A DNA stretch of 44,046 bases from Frankiales bacterium (GTDB taxonomy: Bacteria > Actinomycetota > Actinomycetes > Mycobacteriales > SCTD01), in assembly GCA_043732345.1 (NCBI GenBank), contig JAYTHS010000048.1, positions 1 to 44,046 on the forward strand, read 5' to 3'. Made by a program: the position numbers and the translations under genes. The first letter of the stretch is position 1, and each line of letters begins with the position of its first letter. A model generated the notes under the pieces. It was not told where the DNA came from. It did not search any database and saw only the letters and a list, made by a program, of their open reading frames with translations. Shown here one piece after another: positions 8,893 through 18,841 of this stretch.

Positions 8893-11800
8893 GTGTCCAA
8901 CCAGACCGACTTCGGTGCGAACGAGTGGTACATCCAGGAGCTCTACCAGGACTTCCTGAAGGACCCCGACAGCGTGCCGGCCACCTGGCGCGACTTCCTC
9001 GCCGACTACCACCCCGAGGCCGGACCGGGGACGGCCCCCACGACGAACGGCACGCCCGCCGTGACCCAGCCGGCCGCCACCGAGACCGCACCGGCGGCGA
9101 CCGCTTCGCCCGCTACCTCCGAGCCCCCCGCGCCCCCCGCCACCCCGGCAGTCCCCGCGGGCACCGAGACGCCCGTCCCCCCGCCGAGCCCCGCCGCGGT
9201 GGCCCAGGGAGGGCCAGCCATCGTCGAGCCGGCCGCCAGCGCTGAGGTCGCCCCGAAGGCCGTGAACCCCGCGTCGCCCGCGCCCACGAAGATCGAGGCC
9301 ACCACGACCGCACTCAAGGGCGCCGCTGCTCGCGTCGTTGAGAACATGGAGGCCTCTCTCGAGGTCCCGACGGCCACGAGCGTGCGGGCCGTCCCCGCCA
9401 AGCTGCTGGCCGACAACCGCACCGTCATCAACAACCACCTGCGCCGCGCACGTGGCGGCAAGGTCTCTTTCACCCACCTCATCGGCTTCGCCTTGGTCAA
9501 GGCCATCGAGGCCGTACCGGCCCTGAACAAGGCGTTCGGCCACGTCGACGGCAAGCCCGTCGTGATCACGCCGGGCAGCGTCGGGCTTGGCCTCGCGATC
9601 GACCTGCAGAACGCCAACGGGACCCGGTCGCTGGTCGTGGCAGCCATCAAGGGCGCTGATGCGATGGACTTCTCGCAGTTCCTGGCGACCTACGAGGACA
9701 TCGTGCGCCGGGCCCGCGCAGGCAAGCTCACGCCGGAGGACTTCCAGGGCGCGACGATCAGCCTCACCAACCCCGGTGGCCTCGGCACTGTGCACTCGGT
9801 GCCCCGCCTCATGAAGGGCTCGGGCGCCATCATCGGCGTCGGCGCGATGCAGTACCCCGCGGAGTTCGCCGGTGCCTCGGAGGAGCAGATCGCCTCCATG
9901 GCGATCAGCAAGATCATCACGCTGACGTCGACGTACGACCACCGGGTCATCCAGGGGGCGCAGTCCGGCGAGTTCCTGCGCCGGATGAACCAGCTACTGC
10001 TGGGCGAGGACGGCTTCTACGACGAGGTCTTCGCGTCGCTGAAGATCCCGTACGAGCCGGTCCGCTGGGTCACCGACCGCCAAGCCAGCCACGAGGGCGA
10101 CCTCGACAAGGCCACCCGGGTCAACGAGATGATCCACGCCTACCGGGTCCGCGGTCACCTCATGGCCGACACCGACCCCCTGGACTTCAAGGTCCGCACC
10201 CACCCCGACCTCGACGTCGTCAACCACGGCCTCACGCTGTGGGACCTCGACCGCGAGTTCCCCGTCGGCGGCTTCGCCGGCCACCGGGTGATGAAACTGC
10301 GTGAGGTCCTGGGCGTCCTGAGGGACTCCTATTGCCGCAACGTCGGCATCGAGTACATGCACATCCAGGACCCCGTGCAGCGCAAGTGGATCCAGGAGCG
10401 GGTCGAGAAGAAAGCCCAGGCCCCAGACCGTGAGCTGCAGCTGCACGTGCTCAAGCGCCTGAACGCCGCCGAGGCCTTCGAGAACTTCCTACAGACCAAG
10501 TTTGTCGGGCAGAAGCGCTTCTCCCTCGAGGGCAGCGAGTCCGTCATCCCGATGCTCGACAGCGTCCTGCAGGGCGCGGCCGGAGCTGGTCTGGACGAGG
10601 TCGTCATCGGCATGGCGCACCGCGGCCGCCTCAACGTCCTGGCCAACATCGTGGGCAAGTCCTACAGCCAGATCTTCCGGGAGTTCGAAGGCAACCTGGA
10701 CCCCCGCTCGGTCCAGGGCTCCGGCGACGTGAAGTACCACCTCGGCGCCGAGGGCACCTTCACCTCGACGACCGGCGCGACCACCCGCGTCTCCCTGTGC
10801 AGCAACCCCTCCCACCTGGAGGCGGTCAACCCGGTCCTCGAGGGCATCGTGCGCGCCAAGCAGGACCTCGTCGACAAGGGGGAGGCCGGCTACACGATCG
10901 TCCCCGTCCTGCTGCACGGCGACGCTGCTTTCGCCGGTCAGGGCGTGGTCGCCGAGACCCTGCAGATGGGCCAGCTCCGCGGCTACCGCACCGGCGGTAC
11001 CCTGCACGTCGTCATCAACAACCAGGTCGGCTTCACGACGGCCCCCGAGAGCAGCCGCTCCTCGACGTACAGCACCGACGTGGCGCGCACCGTGCAGGCG
11101 CCGATCTTCCACGTCAACGGCGATGACCCCGAGGCCTGCGTGCGGGTCACGCAGCTGGCCTTCGAGTTCCGCCAGGCCTTCCGCAAGGACGTCGTCATCG
11201 ACCTGGTCTGCTACCGCAAACGGGGCCACAACGAGGGCGACGACCCGAGCATGACCCAGCCCTTGATGTATGACGTGATCGACCGCAAGCGCTCGGTCCG
11301 CAAGGGTTACACCGAGCAGCTCGTCGGGCGTGGGGACATCACCCTGGAGGAGGCCGAGGACGCTCTGAAGGACTACCAGTCGCAGCTGGAGCGGGTCTTC
11401 GCCGAGACCCGCGACGCCGCGACCGGCTCGGCGGTGGCGCCGAGCATGGACAGCGACGCGGTGCTGTCCGACGTCAACACCTCCGTCGACCAGGCCGTGC
11501 TGACCCGGATCGGGGCGGCCCACCTGGAGCTCCCCGAGGGCTTCACGCCGCACCCCAAGCTCAAGCCGCTGCTGGACAAGCGCGTCGCCATGGCCGCCGA
11601 GGGTGGGATCGACTGGGGCTTCGGCGAGGTGCTGGCCTTCGGTTCGCTGCTCATGCAGGGCGTCCCGATCCGGCTCGCCGGGCAGGACTCGCGCCGCGGC
11701 ACCTTCGTACAGCGCCACGCCACCCTGATCGACCGCAAGACCGGCGCGGAGCACACCCCCCTGCGCTACCTCACCCCCGACCAGGCGACGTTCTACGTCT

Positions 11801-12636
11801 ACGACTCGCTGCTGTCGGAGTACGCCTGCCTGGGCTTCGAGTACGGCTACTCGGTGGCGCGCCCCGAGGCCCTGGTGCTGTGGGAGGCGCAGTTCGGCGA
11901 CTTCGTCAACGGGGCGATGACCGTCGTTGACGAGTTCATCTCCTCCGGCGAGGCCAAGTGGGGTCAGCGCTCCGGGGTGACGATGCTGCTCCCGCACGGC
12001 TACGAGGGCCAGGGGCCGGATCACTCCTCGACCCGCATCGAGCGGTTCCTGCAGCTGTGCGCCGAGGACAACATGACCGTCGCCTACCCCTCGACGCCCG
12101 CCCAGCACTTCCACCTGCTGCGGGCCCAGGCCCTTTCGCACGGCAACCGGCCGCTCGTGGTCATCACCCCCAAGTCGATGCTGCGACTCAAGGCGGCCGC
12201 CTCCAGCCCGGCCGACTTCACCTCGGCCCGGTGGCAGCCGGTCCTGGCCGACCCGACCTCGCCCGACCCCTCAGGCGTGACCCGGGTCGTGCTGTGCACC
12301 GGCAAGGTCTGGTACGACCTGCATGCCGCCCGGACCAAGAGCGGCGACACCTCCGTCGCCCTGGTGCGGGTCGAGCAGCTTTACCCGGTGCCGGGCGAGC
12401 AGGTGGCCGCGGTACTCGAGGGCTACCCGCACGCCGTCGACGTCGTGTGGGCGCAGGAAGAGCCGGCGAACATGGGCGCCTGGTCGCACATCGCCCTGTC
12501 GCTGCCCGAGCAGCTGCCGGCCGACGTACGGCTGCGCCGGCTGTCACGCCGGGCGAGCGCCTCCCCTGCCGCCGGGTCCGGCAAGGTCCACGAGGCCGAG
12601 CAGGCCGCGCTGGTGGCCGCCGTCTTCGAGCGCTGA
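8893..12636 (+). CDS. kgd: Multifunctional 2-oxoglutarate decarboxylase/dehydrogenase E1 with N-terminal succinyltransferase (E2o-like) domain
   Basis: GTG at 8893 gives [35 protein letters not shown], closely like mycobacterial Kgd. This is followed by an Ala/Pro linker, an acyltransferase domain ([10 protein letters not shown]) and the ThDP E1o domain. The 331 codons upstream in ORF 7900..12636 are antisense shadow of the SDR and peptidase genes. Confidence 0.95.
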   Translation: MSNQTDFGANEWYIQELYQDFLKDPDSVPATWRDFLADYHPEAGPGTAPTTNGTPAVTQPAATETAPAATASPATSEPPAPPATPAVPAGTETPVPPPSPAAVAQGGPAIVEPAASAEVAPKAVNPASPAPTKIEATTTALKGAAARVVENMEASLEVPTATSVRAVPAKLLADNRTVINNHLRRARGGKVSFTHLIGFALVKAIEAVPALNKAFGHVDGKPVVITPGSVGLGLAIDLQNANGTRSLVVAAIKGADAMDFSQFLATYEDIVRRARAGKLTPEDFQGATISLTNPGGLGTVHSVPRLMKGSGAIIGVGAMQYPAEFAGASEEQIASMAISKIITLTSTYDHRVIQGAQSGEFLRRMNQLLLGEDGFYDEVFASLKIPYEPVRWVTDRQASHEGDLDKATRVNEMIHAYRVRGHLMADTDPLDFKVRTHPDLDVVNHGLTLWDLDREFPVGGFAGHRVMKLREVLGVLRDSYCRNVGIEYMHIQDPVQRKWIQERVEKKAQAPDRELQLHVLKRLNAAEAFENFLQTKFVGQKRFSLEGSESVIPMLDSVLQGAAGAGLDEVVIGMAHRGRLNVLANIVGKSYSQIFREFEGNLDPRSVQGSGDVKYHLGAEGTFTSTTGATTRVSLCSNPSHLEAVNPVLEGIVRAKQDLVDKGEAGYTIVPVLLHGDAAFAGQGVVAETLQMGQLRGYRTGGTLHVVINNQVGFTTAPESSRSSTYSTDVARTVQAPIFHVNGDDPEACVRVTQLAFEFRQAFRKDVVIDLVCYRKRGHNEGDDPSMTQPLMYDVIDRKRSVRKGYTEQLVGRGDITLEEAEDALKDYQSQLERVFAETRDAATGSAVAPSMDSDAVLSDVNTSVDQAVLTRIGAAHLELPEGFTPHPKLKPLLDKRVAMAAEGGIDWGFGEVLAFGSLLMQGVPIRLAGQDSRRGTFVQRHATLIDRKTGAEHTPLRYLTPDQATFYVYDSLLSEYACLGFEYGYSVARPEALVLWEAQFGDFVNGAMTVVDEFISSGEAKWGQRSGVTMLLPHGYEGQGPDHSSTRIERFLQLCAEDNMTVAYPSTPAQHFHLLRAQALSHGNRPLVVITPKSMLRLKAAASSPADFTSARWQPVLADPTSPDPSGVTRVVLCTGKVWYDLHAARTKSGDTSVALVRVEQLYPVPGEQVAAVLEGYPHAVDVVWAQEEPANMGAWSHIALSLPEQLPADVRLRRLSRRASASPAAGSGKVHEAEQAALVAAVFER

Positions 12637-12639
12637 CCG

Positions 12640-12816
12640 GTGTACTTCACCGACCGGGGCCTGGAGGAGCTGGCCACGCGGCGCGGCCAGGAGCAGGTCA
12701 CGCTCGCCTGGCTGGCCGAACGGCTCCGTGAGTTCGTCGACGAGCACCCCGAGTTCGAGGTCCCCGTCGAGCGGGTCGCCACCTGGCTGGCCCGCCTCGA
12801 CGACGACGAGGACTAG
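12640..12816 (+). CDS. Small conserved actinobacterial protein (DUF6104-like), 58 aa; below the ORF-track size cutoff
   Basis: GTG at 12640, 3 nt after the kgd stop, to TAG at 12814-12816. It reads VYFTDRGLEELATRRGQEQVTLAWLAERLREFVDEHPEFEVPVERVATWLARLDDDED. It has high GC3 and an acidic tail, and resembles a small protein family I recall from Streptomyces and relatives. Confidence 0.55.
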   Translation: MYFTDRGLEELATRRGQEQVTLAWLAERLREFVDEHPEFEVPVERVATWLARLDDDED

Positions 12817-12843
12817 CCCCCGTCGCTCTCTTCTCCGCACACC

Positions 12844-12944
12844 CGTACCTCGGTCGACCTGGGCCCGGGAAAGTGACCTGTGGTCCACCACAGCTCGTGC
12901 CTCGGTCGACTGTCTGGTGCGCAACTCGTACATCGGTGGACCTG
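12844..12944. repeat. Three copies of an 18-bp element (CGTRCMTCGGTSGACCTG-like) flanking a 7+7 bp palindrome, in a convergent intergenic gap
   Basis: Copies: 12844-12861 cgtacctcggtcgacctg, 12896-12913 cgtgcctcggtcgactgt, 12927-12944 cgtacatcggtggacctg. The palindrome CTGTGGT-cc-ACCACAG is at 12878-12893. Confidence 0.6.
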
Positions 12945-12952
12945 AGGGACGG

Positions 12953-13759
12953 TCAGCGGCGGGTGTACGGGCCGAACCGCGGCTGCAGCTCGCGATGCTG
13001 GCCGCTGCCCCGCAGCGGCAGGACGGCCAGCGCCCCCACGACGAAGCCGATGACGTGCGCTCCGTACGCCACGCCGGAGCCGCCGGCGACGCCCGCGCCT
13101 CGGACGTAGAGGTACTGCAGGACGAACCACGAGCCGAGCACCAGCCAGGCCGGCAGCCGGACGGGCAGGAAGAAGAAGAAGGTCAGCAGCGACCACACCT
13201 TGGCCCGCGGGTAGAGCACGAGGTAGGCGCCGAGCACACCGGCGATCGCCCCGGAGGCGCCTACCAGCGGCGCCGTCGACCCGGCGTCGAACAGCGCGAA
13301 GCCGTACGTCGCGACGTAGCCCGCCCCGAGGTAGAACAGCAGGTAGCGGAGCCGCCCGAGCCGGTCCTCGACGTTGTTGCCGAAGACGTACAGGAACAGC
13401 ATGTTCCCCAGCAGGTGCAGCCACCCGCCGTGCAGGAACATCGCGTAGAGCACGCTCAGGGCCGGCTGCTTGCGGTACGACGGGGCCGTCGCGACGCAGC
13501 CGACCTCACCGGCGGCGGATCGCCCGACCTGTCCGGTGGCGACGCTGGCCTCCGGCCGACCGGTCAGCAGCTCGTCGGGCTTGGCGGCGTACCGGTCGAA
13601 GAAGGCGACCTGCCGGCAATGCTGCGCCGCCGAGCTGCCGCCGACGACGTGCGTCGCCACCGGGCTGATCAGAAAGACCACGACGTTGACCGCGATCAGC
13701 AGGTAAGTCACGACAGGGACCCGTCGGGTCGGGTTGACGTCGTGGATGGGCAGCACCAC
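12953..13759 (-). CDS. Rhomboid-family intramembrane serine protease
   Basis: HGGWLHLLGNMLFLYVFG and GASGAIAGVLGAY (catalytic Ser) lie in a polytopic protein. The GTG start is preceded by GAGGAG, which overlaps the stop of the upstream gene. Confidence 0.9.
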   Translation of the reverse strand: MVLPIHDVNPTRRVPVVTYLLIAVNVVVFLISPVATHVVGGSSAAQHCRQVAFFDRYAAKPDELLTGRPEASVATGQVGRSAAGEVGCVATAPSYRKQPALSVLYAMFLHGGWLHLLGNMLFLYVFGNNVEDRLGRLRYLLFYLGAGYVATYGFALFDAGSTAPLVGASGAIAGVLGAYLVLYPRAKVWSLLTFFFFLPVRLPAWLVLGSWFVLQYLYVRGAGVAGGSGVAYGAHVIGFVVGALAVLPLRGSGQHRELQPRFGPYTRR

Positions 13760-13771
13760 GGGGCGGTCTCC

Positions 13772-14737
13772 TCAGCAGGTCAGGACGAGCTTGCCAAACA
13801 CGTCCCCCTGCGCGAGCCGGGCAAAGCTCTCCGCGGCCTGGGAGAGCGGGCGGACATCGTCCACGAGTGGCCGGACCCCGGTGGTCTGCACGAAGCGCAG
13901 CAGATCAGCAAGCTCGTCGCGGGTGCCCATCGTGGACCCCACGACCCGCAGCTGCAGGAAGAACAGCCGGTTGAGGTCTGCGCTCGGGTCGGCGCCGGTC
14001 GTCGCGCCCGAGACCACCAGCGTGCCGCCGGGTCGTAGCGCCCGCATCGAGTGGGACCAGGTGGCCTTGCCGACGGTCTCGAGGACCGCGTCGACCTTGC
14101 CCGGCAGCCGGGCGCCGGTCTCGAAGACCGCGTGCGCACCGATCTCCAGGGCCTTGGCCCGCTTGGACTCCTCGCGGCTGGTCGCCCACACGGTGAACCC
14201 GGCAGCCCTGGCCAGGGCGATGGCGGCGGTCGCAACCCCGCCGCCGGCGCCCTGGACCAGGACGGTCTGACCCGGTCGCAGTCCGGCCTGCGTGAACAGC
14301 ATCCGGTAGGCCGTCAGCCAGGCGGTCGACAGGCACGCGGCCTGCTCGAACGACAGCTCGGCCGGCTTGGGAAGGACGTTGCGGGCCGGTACGACGACCT
14401 GCTCGGCGAGCGTCCCGTCGTGGACCTCGGACAGCAGCGACCGCTTGGGGTCCAGCGTCTCGTCGCCGGACCAGCCCGGGGTGCTGACGACCGCGTGGAC
14501 CACGACCTCGGTGCCGTCGTCCAGCACTCCCGCGCCATCGCAGCCGAGCACCATCGGGAGCCGGTCGGCCGGCAGGCCCACGCCCTTGAGCGACCACAGA
14601 TCGTGGTGGTTGAGCGCCGAGGCCCGCAGGGTCACACGCACCCACCCATCCGGCGCGGCCGGGTCGGGGCGCTCCCCAACGGTCAGCCCGGTGAGCGGCG
14701 CGTCGGCGGACTGGCTGGTGCAGGTGGCGGCAAGCAT
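13772..14737 (-). CDS. Zinc-binding alcohol dehydrogenase / NADPH:quinone oxidoreductase family (MDR superfamily)
   Basis: VRVTLRASALNHHDLW...VLVQGAGGGVATAAIALARAAG (Rossmann motif); typical length of 321 aa. Confidence 0.85.
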   Translation of the reverse strand: MLAATCTSQSADAPLTGLTVGERPDPAAPDGWVRVTLRASALNHHDLWSLKGVGLPADRLPMVLGCDGAGVLDDGTEVVVHAVVSTPGWSGDETLDPKRSLLSEVHDGTLAEQVVVPARNVLPKPAELSFEQAACLSTAWLTAYRMLFTQAGLRPGQTVLVQGAGGGVATAAIALARAAGFTVWATSREESKRAKALEIGAHAVFETGARLPGKVDAVLETVGKATWSHSMRALRPGGTLVVSGATTGADPSADLNRLFFLQLRVVGSTMGTRDELADLLRFVQTTGVRPLVDDVRPLSQAAESFARLAQGDVFGKLVLTC

Positions 14738-14746
14738 GGAAGAACC

Positions 14747-15961
14747 CTAGAGCCGAGCCACCCCGTCGGCCCGCGCGGCCTCGGCGACGGCCGAGGCGAC
14801 CGCAGGTGCGACCCGCGGGTCGAAGACCGAGGGGATCACGCACTCCTCGGACAGGTCGTCGCCGACCACGGCGGCCAGGGCCACGGCGGCGGCCTGCTTC
14901 ATCCCCTCGGTGACGCAACGGGCCCGGACCTGCATCGCGCCCTTGAAGACCCCGGGGAAGGCCAGCACGTTGTTGATCTGGTTCGGGAAGTCCGACCGAC
15001 CGGTGGCGATGACCCGGGCACCGGCGCGGCGGGCGTCCTCGGGGTGCACCTCGGGGTCGGGGTTGGCCATCGCGAAGACAAAGGAGTCCTTCGCCATGGA
15101 GGCGACCGCGTCGAAGGGCACCTTGCCGCTGGAGAGCCCGATGAGGACGTCAGCGCCCTCGAGGGCCGCGTCGAAGCTGCCGGTCAGGCCCCCGTGGTTG
15201 CTGATGCCCGCGAACAGTCGCTTCTCGGGGTTCAGGTCGGTGCGGTCGACATGCACGATCCCCTTGCTGTCGGCGATCGCGATATCGCCGATGCCGGCCT
15301 CGAGGATCATCCGCGACACCGCGATGCCGGCGGCTCCCGCCCCGCTGACCACGACGCGCAGGTCACCCAGCGTGCGGTCCGTGAGCAGGGCGGCATTGCG
15401 CAGCGCCGCGAGGACCACGATCGCCGTACCGTGCTGATCGTCGTGAAAGACCGGGATGTCCAGGCGCTCCTGCACCCGGCGCTCCACCTCGAAGCAGCGC
15501 GGCGCGCTGATGTCCTCCAGGTTGATGCCGCCGAAGGCTGGGGCCAGCCGCACGATCGTCTCGACGAGCTCGTCCAGGTCGGTCACGTCCAGGCAGATCG
15601 GGACAGCGTCGATGCCTGCGAAGTGCTTGAACAGCAGCGCCTTCCCCTCCATCACGGGCAGGGCGGCCTCCGGCCCGATGTCCCCGAGACCGAGTACTGC
15701 GGTGCCGTCGGTGACCACGGCGACGGTGTGCGACTTCCAGGTGTAGTTGTAGGCCAGTCCAGGCTCCTTCGCGATGGCCGTGCAGATCCTCGCCACCCCG
15801 GGGGTGTAGGCCAGCGCGAGGTCCTCGGGGGTCGACAGCGGGACGCGCGAGACGACCTCGACCTTGCCGCCCCGGTGCAGGGCGAAGACGGGGTCGACGT
15901 CTCGCGCCGCACCCCGCTGGTCCTCGGTCAGCAGAGCGGGGTCCTGCGGGATGGCGGTCAC
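14747..15961 (-). CDS. NAD(P)-dependent malic enzyme (short, ~400-aa type)
   Basis: LALAYTPGVA...VVTDGTAVLGLGDIGP...ALPVMEGKALLFK...GINLEDI...FHDDQHGTA...VVSGAGAAG. GTG start at 15961. Confidence 0.9.
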   Translation of the reverse strand: MTAIPQDPALLTEDQRGAARDVDPVFALHRGGKVEVVSRVPLSTPEDLALAYTPGVARICTAIAKEPGLAYNYTWKSHTVAVVTDGTAVLGLGDIGPEAALPVMEGKALLFKHFAGIDAVPICLDVTDLDELVETIVRLAPAFGGINLEDISAPRCFEVERRVQERLDIPVFHDDQHGTAIVVLAALRNAALLTDRTLGDLRVVVSGAGAAGIAVSRMILEAGIGDIAIADSKGIVHVDRTDLNPEKRLFAGISNHGGLTGSFDAALEGADVLIGLSSGKVPFDAVASMAKDSFVFAMANPDPEVHPEDARRAGARVIATGRSDFPNQINNVLAFPGVFKGAMQVRARCVTEGMKQAAAVALAAVVGDDLSEECVIPSVFDPRVAPAVASAVAEAARADGVARL

Positions 15962-16016
15962 TGCGGGCTCCTCGTGGACGCGCGCGGGCGGGCCCCGCGG
16001 CGCCGGTGTCGACGGG

Positions 16017-16105
16017 TCAGGGGGTGGGATCAGGTGAGCGGGATCCGGTGGGCGGCGTCGGGTGGGCGGCGTCGGGTGGGCGGGGTCAGGTGGGCGGGGT
16101 CAGGT
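16017..16105 (+). repeat. G-rich 14-bp tandem array (4 clean units plus about 2 degenerate units) in the malic-enzyme / ABC-transporter divergent promoter region
   Basis: Units: 16047-16060 and 16061-16074 ggtgggcggcgtcg; 16075-16088 and 16089-16102 ggtgggcggggtca. Degenerate units ggtgagcgggatcc (16033-16046) and ggggtgggatca (16021-16032) lie upstream. Confidence 0.85.
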
Positions 16106-16219
16106 TTCCAGCGGAAGGCGCCGTACCGGAGTTGCAGGGCGAGGCCATCGTGGCACAGCGGGCAACCCGGTCTCTCAGACGCGACACGACGTGCTCCCGG
16201 GGTGGCACGATACGCCCTG

Positions 16220-17122
16220 ATGTCGCCCACGATCCGGAGGAACTCCTTGCGCTCGACCCGTCACCTCGTCCCGCTGGTCGCCGTCGTGGCGCTGGCCGCC
16301 TCGGCCTGCGGGTCCTCGAGCAGCCCGACAAAGCAGACCGTCGACAAGGCCGCCGCGCCGCTGGCGAGCCTGGTGCCGAAGGCCATCCGCGACAAGGGGA
16401 CCCTGATGGTCGGGTCCGACGTCGCCTACGCGCCCGTCGAGTTCTACGGCCCCGACGGCACGACCATCATGGGAATCGACCCCGACCTCGGCGCGGCGAT
16501 CGGCACGCAGCTCGGCGTGACCCTGAAGTTCGTCAACGGCACCTTCGACGGGCTCATCACCCAGCTGACGAGCAAGCGCATCGACCTGGTGATGAGCGCG
16601 TTGTCCGACACCAAGGAGCGGCAAGGCAAGATCGACTTCGTCGACTACTTCACGGCCGGGACGTCGATCCTGGTGGCCAAGGGCAACCCGAAGTCGATCA
16701 AAACTCTGGACGACTTCTGCGGCAAGACCATCGCCCTGCAGCGCGGGACGACGCAGGACGACGTGGCCAAGGCGCAGGTCAAGAAGTGCTCCGCGACCGG
16801 CAAGAAGCTCACCGTGCTGTCGTTCGACAAGGACACCGAGGCCCTGCTGCAGGTCAAGTCCGGACGCGCCGTCGGGGACCTCAACGACTTCCCCGTCGCG
16901 GCGTACAACGCGAAGACCTCCAGCGGCGCCTTTGAGGTCGTGGGTGACCAGATCGAGGCGGGGCCGTACGGCATCGGGCTGCGCAAGACGGACGCTGAGC
17001 TGCGCGGCGTGTTGCAGAAGGCTGTGCAGGCCCTGATCGCGAACGGCGAGTACGCCAAGATCCTGCAGAAGTGGAACGTCAGCCAGGGCGCGGTCACGAC
17101 GGCAGTGGTCAACGGCGGCTGA
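16220..17122 (+). CDS. Polar amino-acid ABC transporter substrate-binding lipoprotein (family 3 SBP)
   Basis: MSPTIRRNSLRSTRHLVPLVAVVALAASACGSSS (lipobox), followed by an SBP_bac_3-like body (GIDPDLGAAIG...VNGTFDGLI...DLVMSALSDT). It forms the 3' part of the shadow-extended ORF 14051..17122. Confidence 0.9.
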   Translation: MSPTIRRNSLRSTRHLVPLVAVVALAASACGSSSSPTKQTVDKAAAPLASLVPKAIRDKGTLMVGSDVAYAPVEFYGPDGTTIMGIDPDLGAAIGTQLGVTLKFVNGTFDGLITQLTSKRIDLVMSALSDTKERQGKIDFVDYFTAGTSILVAKGNPKSIKTLDDFCGKTIALQRGTTQDDVAKAQVKKCSATGKKLTVLSFDKDTEALLQVKSGRAVGDLNDFPVAAYNAKTSSGAFEVVGDQIEAGPYGIGLRKTDAELRGVLQKAVQALIANGEYAKILQKWNVSQGAVTTAVVNGG

Positions 17123-17123
17123 C

Positions 17124-18020
17124 GTGACCGTCACCGCCGACACGGGCAGGGCGCCGAAAGCGCTCGTCGCCGTGCCCGTCCGGCACCCCTGGCGCTGGGT
17201 CAGCGCCATCATCGTCCTGGTCCTGCTCGGGCTGCTGGTGCGCGCGTTCTCAACCTCGAGCATCCAGTGGGGGACGACCCGGCACTACCTCACCTTCGGG
17301 ACGATCGTGCAGGGCGCCGGCAAGACGCTGCTGATCTCGGTGGTGGCCCAGGCGCTGGGCGTCGCGCTCGGTGTGCTGTTCGCGGTCGGGCGGCAGTCGC
17401 GCAACCCCGTGACCAGCGGCGTCAGCTGGCTGTACATCTGGTTCTTCCGGGGCACCCCCGTCCTGCTGCAGCTGCTGCTCTGGTACAACCTCGCGCTGGT
17501 CTTTCCGACCATCGCGGGGCAGGACACCAATGCGCTCATGACGCCGTTCATCGCGGCGCTTCTCGGCCTGGGCATCAACGAGGGCGCATACATGGCCGAG
17601 ATCGTCCGGGCCGGGCTCGCGTCGGTGGACGAGGGCCAGACCGAGGCGGCGCAGGCCCTGGGCATGCCGCGCGGTCTGGTGCTGCGCCGGATCGTGCTGC
17701 CGCAGGCGATGCGGGTCATCGTGCCGCCGACCGGCAACGAGTTCGTCAACATGCTCAAGACCAGCTCGCTGGCCTACGCCATCCAGTACGGCGAGGTGCT
17801 GCGCGCGGCCACCAACATCAGCAGCGCCAACCTGCAGGTGGTCGAGCTGCTGTTCACGGCCGCGGTCTGGTACCTGATCCTGACCAGCGCCTTCAGCGTG
17901 GTCCAGTACTACGTGGAGCGGCGCTTCTCCCGCGGCGCCAGCCGTTCGCTGCCCGACACGCCGCTGCAACGGATCAGGACCAACCTGCGGTTCGGTCGGC
18001 ACGAGGGGGCCGGCGCGTGA
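17124..18020 (+). CDS. Amino-acid ABC transporter permease (His/Glu/Gln/Arg/opine family)
   Basis: Polytopic protein with the EAA-like loop [32 protein letters not shown]. Confidence 0.9.
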   Translation: MTVTADTGRAPKALVAVPVRHPWRWVSAIIVLVLLGLLVRAFSTSSIQWGTTRHYLTFGTIVQGAGKTLLISVVAQALGVALGVLFAVGRQSRNPVTSGVSWLYIWFFRGTPVLLQLLLWYNLALVFPTIAGQDTNALMTPFIAALLGLGINEGAYMAEIVRAGLASVDEGQTEAAQALGMPRGLVLRRIVLPQAMRVIVPPTGNEFVNMLKTSSLAYAIQYGEVLRAATNISSANLQVVELLFTAAVWYLILTSAFSVVQYYVERRFSRGASRSLPDTPLQRIRTNLRFGRHEGAGA

Positions 18021-18781
18021 GCCGGCCCATGGTCCTCGCCGAGCGGGTGCACAAGAGCTTCGGGCACATCGAGGTGCTCAAGGGCATCGACCTGGCCGTC
18101 GAGGCCGGCACGGTCTGCTGCCTGCTCGGGCCGTCGGGGTCCGGCAAGTCGACGTTCCTGCGCTGCATCAACCACCTGGAGAAGGTCAACGCCGGCCGGC
18201 TGTCGGTGGACGGTGAGCTGGTCGGCTACCGCCAGGAGGGCGACAAGCTCTACGAGCTCAAGGAATCCGAGACGGCCGGCAAGCGGGCCGAGATCGGCAT
18301 GGTCTTCCAGCGCTTCAACCTGTTTCCCCACATGACGGCGCTCGGCAACATCGTCGAGGCGCCCATACGGGTGAAGGGGATCTCGAAGAAGGACGCCGCC
18401 GAGCAGGCGCGCGCCCTGCTGGACCGGGTTGGCCTGGCCGACAAGGTCGATGCCTATCCGGCGCAGCTGTCGGGTGGCCAGCAGCAGCGCGTCGCGATCG
18501 CCCGTGCTCTAGCCATGCAGCCCAAGCTGATGCTCTTCGACGAGCCGACCAGCGCCTTGGACCCCGAGCTCGTCGGCGAGGTCCTCGACGTCATGCGCTC
18601 CCTGGCACGGGACGGGATGACGATGGTTGTGGTGACCCACGAGATGACCTTCGCCCGTGAGGTCGGTGACACCGTCGTGTTCATGGACGGTGGGGTCGTC
18701 GTCGAGGCCGGCACACCGTCGGACGTGCTCGGCAACCCCCAGCAGGAGCGCACCCGCACCTTCCTTGGCAAGGTCACCTGA
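18017..18781 (+). CDS. Amino-acid ABC transporter ATP-binding protein
   Basis: Walker [10 protein letters not shown], signature [15 protein letters not shown] and Walker [13 protein letters not shown]. The GTG at 18017 overlaps the permease stop; an alternative ATG is at 18029. Confidence 0.9.
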   Translation: MSRPMVLAERVHKSFGHIEVLKGIDLAVEAGTVCCLLGPSGSGKSTFLRCINHLEKVNAGRLSVDGELVGYRQEGDKLYELKESETAGKRAEIGMVFQRFNLFPHMTALGNIVEAPIRVKGISKKDAAEQARALLDRVGLADKVDAYPAQLSGGQQQRVAIARALAMQPKLMLFDEPTSALDPELVGEVLDVMRSLARDGMTMVVVTHEMTFAREVGDTVVFMDGGVVVEAGTPSDVLGNPQQERTRTFLGKVT

Positions 18782-18841
18782 CCCCCCCGCCGTGATCCGG
18801 GCAGCTCCGGTGCCCCCAGAGGGTCACGCCAGCCGCCTGGA

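Noticed and set aside
16017-16105. Whether the tandem arrays (16.0 kb, 21.0 kb, 25.0 kb, 29.0 kb, 40.6 kb) could be CRISPR arrays.
   Set aside because: The units are 13-21 bp and directly abutting, with no unique spacers, and no cas genes are present. They are simple tandem repeats.
14051-17122. Very long ORFs in the track: 14051..17122 (+, 1023 aa), 32500..34617 (+), 10489..12141 (-), 41289..42725 (-), 23615..25582 (-), 12323..14038 (+), 25880..27310 (+), and the first 331 codons of 7900..12636.
   Set aside because: All lie antisense to, or out of frame with, genes that have clear family signatures (malic enzyme, qor, pepP, kgd, aroA, lipid kinase, pdtaS). Their translations are Arg/Pro/Gly-rich low-complexity sequence, typical of shadow ORFs in about 70% GC DNA. 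Only the 3' part of 14051..17122 (from 16220) is a real gene.
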